64,000 bases of DNA, taken from Eutreptiella sp. 'Long Island Sound 2002' (Eukaryota > Protista > Euglenida). The notes beneath the pieces were generated by a model. The model was not told the origin of the DNA. It saw only the letters and a list, made by a program, of their open reading frames with translations, and ran no database searches. The DNA lies in contig OZ038378.1 of NCBI GenBank assembly GCA_964036045.1, positions 32,798,001 through 32,862,000 of the forward strand, in the 5' to 3' direction. The position numbers were made by a program, and so were the translations under genes. Below are positions 60,201-64,000 of this stretch, in pieces. How positions within the stretch are numbered: the stretch's first letter is position 1; every line of letters begins with the position of its first letter.

Positions 60201-63200
60201 GTGTGAGGCATGGGTGATGTGTTTGGAAATATGGAATATGCGAATCGCGGTGTCAAATGTGGTGTCAGAGTACAGTTTAGGAGGGGTATATGTCACTCAT
60301 AGAGTACGGGATATGATGTTTGAGTGAGGTACGGGATACGAGGTACGGGATATGGGGTATGTTGTACACAGTGTGAGGTATGGGTGATGTGTTTGGAAAT
60401 ATGGATCATGCGAATCGCGGTGTCAAATGTGGTGTCAGAGTACAGTTTAGGAGGGGTATATTTCACTCATAGAGTACGGGATATGATGTTTGATAGAGTA
60501 CGGAATATGAGGTTTGAGACATGAGTCATGAGGTACGGGATACGAGGTACGGGATATGCGGTATGTTGTACACAGTGTGAGGTATGGGTGATGTGTTTGG
60601 AAATATGGATTATGCGAATTGCGGTGTCAAATGTGGTGTCACAGTACAGTTTAGGAGGGGTAAATTTCACTCATAGAGTACGGGATATGATGTTTGAGAC
60701 ATGAGTCATGTGGCACGGGATATGAGGTACGGGACATGAGGTGTGTTGTATTGGGTATGTGAAATGCGGTGCAGTGTGAGATATGGTGCTATGGTGATAT
60801 GGTGACATGGCCCGCGCTTCAAGCGCGGGCATTCGCACTAGTTATATTTAATTGTGGTATGGACGTTCGTCGTCGTGGTCGTCGTTCGTCATCTCCAAAA
60901 AATCCTCCCAATTGTGCACGCTGCTGCTGGCGCGCGTGCGTGCCCGTCAAATGGCATCTGGCGGATTTGCGATTTCGATTTCTGGCACAAAAAATCGATC
61001 TGAAATCATGGAATCACGTGTTTTGAAAATCTGTATGTACTGCACAATCGATTATTCGGGTATCTGCACGAAGGATCCCGCCTTTTGACTTTTGGCGATT
61101 TTAGCCAACAGGCAGTAGTGGCGCTCTCGCTTATAGAGTACGGGATATGAGGTTTGAGACATGAGTCATGAGGTGCGGGATACGAGGTACGGGATATGCG
61201 GTATGTTGTACACAGTGTGAGGCATGGGTGATGTGTTTGGAATTATAGAATATGCGAATTGCGGTGTCAAATGTGGTGTCAGAGTACAGTTTAGGAGGGG
61301 TATATTTCATTCATAGAGTACGGGATATGATGTTGGATAGAGTACGGGATATGAGGTTTGAGACATGAGTCATGAGGTGCGGGATACGAGGTACGGGATA
61401 TGCGGTATGTTGTACACAGTGTGAGGCATGGGTGATGTGTTTGGAATTATAGAATATGCGAATCGCGGTGTCAAATGTGGTGTCAGAGTACAGTTTAGGA
61501 GGGGTATATTTCATTCATAGAGTACGGGATATGATGTTGGATAGAGTACGGGATATGAGGTTTGAGACATGAGTCATGAGGTACGGGATACGAGGTACGG
61601 GATATGCGGTATGTGGTACACAGTGTGAGGTATGGGTGATGTGTTTCGAAATATGGATTATGCGAATTGCCGTGTCAAATGTGGCGTCAGAGTACAGTTT
61701 AGGAGGGGTAAATTTCACTCATAGAGTACGGGATATGATGTTTGAGACATGAGTCAGGTGGCACGGGATATGAGGTACGGGACATGAGCTGTGTTGTATT
61801 GGGTTTGCGAAATGCGGTGCGGTGTGAGATATGGTGCTATGGTGATATGGTGATATGGCCCGCGCTTCAAGCGCGGGCATTCGCTCTCTCATTCTCTCTC
61901 TCTCTTAATATATTTAATTGTGGTATGGTTCGTCGTCGTCGTCGTCGTCGTAGTTCGTCATACCCAAAAAATCCTCCCAATTGTGCACGCTGCTGCTGGC
62001 GCGCGCGCGTGCCCGTCAAATGGCATCTGGCGGATTTGCGATTTCGATTTCTGGCACGACAAATCGATCTGAAATCATGGATTCATGTAATCTGAATGTA
62101 CTGTACAATGGATTATCCGGGTATCTGCACGAATAATCCCGCCTGTTGACTTTTGGCGATCTTAGCCAACAGGCAGCAGTGGCGACAGTTCTCTTGCTTA
62201 TACAGTACGGGATATGAGGTATGAGACATGAGTCATGAGGTACGGGATACGAGGTACGGGATATGCGGTATGTTGTACACGGTGTGAGGTATGGGTGATG
62301 TGTTTGGAAATATGGATTATGCGAATCGCGGTGTCAAATGTGGTGTGAGAGTACAGTTTAGGAGGGGTAGATTTCACTCATAGAGTACGGGATATGATGT
62401 TTGAGACATGAGTCAGGTGGCACGGGATATGAGATACGGGACATGCGGTGTGTTGTATTGGGTATGCGAAATGCGGTGCGGTGTGCGATATGGTGCTATG
62501 GTGATATGGTGATATGGCCCGCGCTTCAAGCGCAGGCATTCGCACGGTAAATACAGTTTAGGAGGGGTAAATTTCACTCATAGAGTACGGGATATGATGT
62601 TTGAGACATGAGTCAGGTGGCACGGGATATATGAGGTACGGGACACGAGGTGTGTTGTATTGGGTATGCGAAAGGCGGTGCGGTGTGAGATATGGTGCTA
62701 TGGTGATATGGTGATATGGCCCGCGCTTCAAGCGCGGGCATTTGCACTAGTTATCTCTTATTATATTTAATTGTGGTATGGTTCGTCGTCGTCGTCGTCG
62801 TTCGTCATACCCAAAAAATCCGCCCAATTGTGCACGCTGCTGCTGGCGCGCGCGCGTGCCCGTCGAATGGCATCTGGCGGATTTGCGATTTCGATTTCTG
62901 GCACGACAAATCGATCTGAAATCATGGATTCATGTAATCTGAATGTACTGTACAATCGATTATCCGGCCATCTGCACGAATAATCCCGCCTGTTGACTTT
63001 TGGCGATTTTAGCCAACAGGCAGCAGTGGCGACAGTTCTCTCGCTTATACAGTACGGGATATGAGGTTTGAGACATGAGTCATGAGGTACGGGATACGAG
63101 GTACGGGATATGCGGTATGTTGTACACAGTGTGAGGTATGGGTGATGTGTTTGGAAATATGGATTATGCGAATCGCGGTGTCAAATGTGGTGTCAGAGTA

Positions 63201-64000
63201 CAGTTTAGGAGGGGTAAGTTTCACTCATAGAGTACGGGATATGATGTTTGAGACATGAGTCAGGTGGCACGGGATATGAGGTACGGGACATGAGGTGTGT
63301 TGTATTGGGTATGCGAAATGCGGTGCGGTGTGAGATATGGTGCTATGGTGATATGGTCATATGGCCCGCGCTTCAAGCGCGGGCATTCGCACGGTAAATA
63401 CAGTTTAGGAGGGGTAAATTTCACTCATAGAGTACGGGATATGATGTTTGAGACATGAGTCAGGTGGCACGGGATATATGAGGTACGGGACATGAGGTGT
63501 GTTGTATTGGGTATGCGAAATGCGGTGCGGTGTGAGATATGGTGCTATGGTGATATGGTGATATGGCCCGCGCTTCAAGCGCGGGCATTCGCACTAGTTA
63601 TATTTAATTGTGCTATGGTTCGTCGTCGTTTGTCGTCGTCGTTCGTCATACCCAAAAAATCCGCCCAATTGTGCACGCTGCTGCTGGCGCGTGCGCGTGC
63701 CCGTCAAATGGCATCTGGCGGATTTGCGATTTCGATTTCGGGCACGACAAATCGATCTGAAATTATGGAATCACGTGTTTTAAAAATCTGGATGCACTGT
63801 ACAATCGATTATCCGGGTATCTGCACGAATAATCCCGCCTTTTCACTTTTGGCGATTTTAGCCAACATGCAGCAGTGGCGACAGTTCCTGGCTTATAGAG
63901 TACGGCATATGAGGTTTGAGACATGAGTCATGAGGTACGGGATACGAGGTAGGGGATATGCGGTATGTTGTACACAGTGTGAGGTATGGGTGATGTGTTT
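51736..64000 (+). mobile_element. Head-to-tail tandem array of a non-autonomous Helitron-like element (units ~0.64-1.1 kb, internal ~204-bp subrepeat, variable CGT/CGTT microsatellite)
   Basis: Units start (TC)n/TTATTATATTTAATTG and end GCCCGCGCT-TCA-AGCGCGGGC-ATT(C/T)GCA-CTAG|T. CTAG ends at 52624, 54238, 55217, 56257, 57314, 58884, 59810, 60841, 62750 and 63597. No Rep/helicase ORF. Confidence 0.8.

Noticed and set aside
51690-64000. Recurring short ORFs (e.g. MKFTPPKLYSDTTF, CARCCWRARVPVKWHL)
   Set aside because: They recur only because the unit repeats, are frequently broken, and show no Rep/helicase motifs.

Overview
Eukaryotic, gene-poor, repeat-dense DNA. The organism cannot be fixed from sequence alone; a large-genome protist such as a euglenid is only a guess. 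One host gene is recognisable: an APC-family polyamine transporter (plant PUT/RMV1-, trypanosomatid POT1-like) on the minus strand, with six exons recovered and every junction GT-AG and phase-consistent (49474-49351, 49065-48925, 48303-48170, 47890-47644, 43945-43789, 19206-18989); its 3' exons were not found. Its 24.6-kb fifth intron holds several transposon-derived regions: (i) a NUMOD1-like/PHD/PHD/TTF-finger ORF; (ii) a degenerate hAT transposase with an internal inversion; (iii) a ~4.5-kb element with a spliced RAG1/Transib-like transposase, a second three-exon gene, asymmetric bipartite inverted ends and a candidate 5-bp TSD; (iv) a second, near-intact RAG1/Transib-like DDE ORF lying co-oriented downstream of a 2OG-Fe(II) dioxygenase plus Cys-finger ORF and a coiled-coil ORF, which is the best candidate for an undescribed system; (v) a non-LTR RT relic. 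The left 15.5 kb is a ~41-bp satellite with higher-order repeats, many strand flips and one tRNA-derived SINE with a perfect 13-bp TSD. The right 12 kb is a head-to-tail array of units with Helitron-type ends (hairpin + CTAG). All protein-family assignments are by-eye motif recognition, not database searches.
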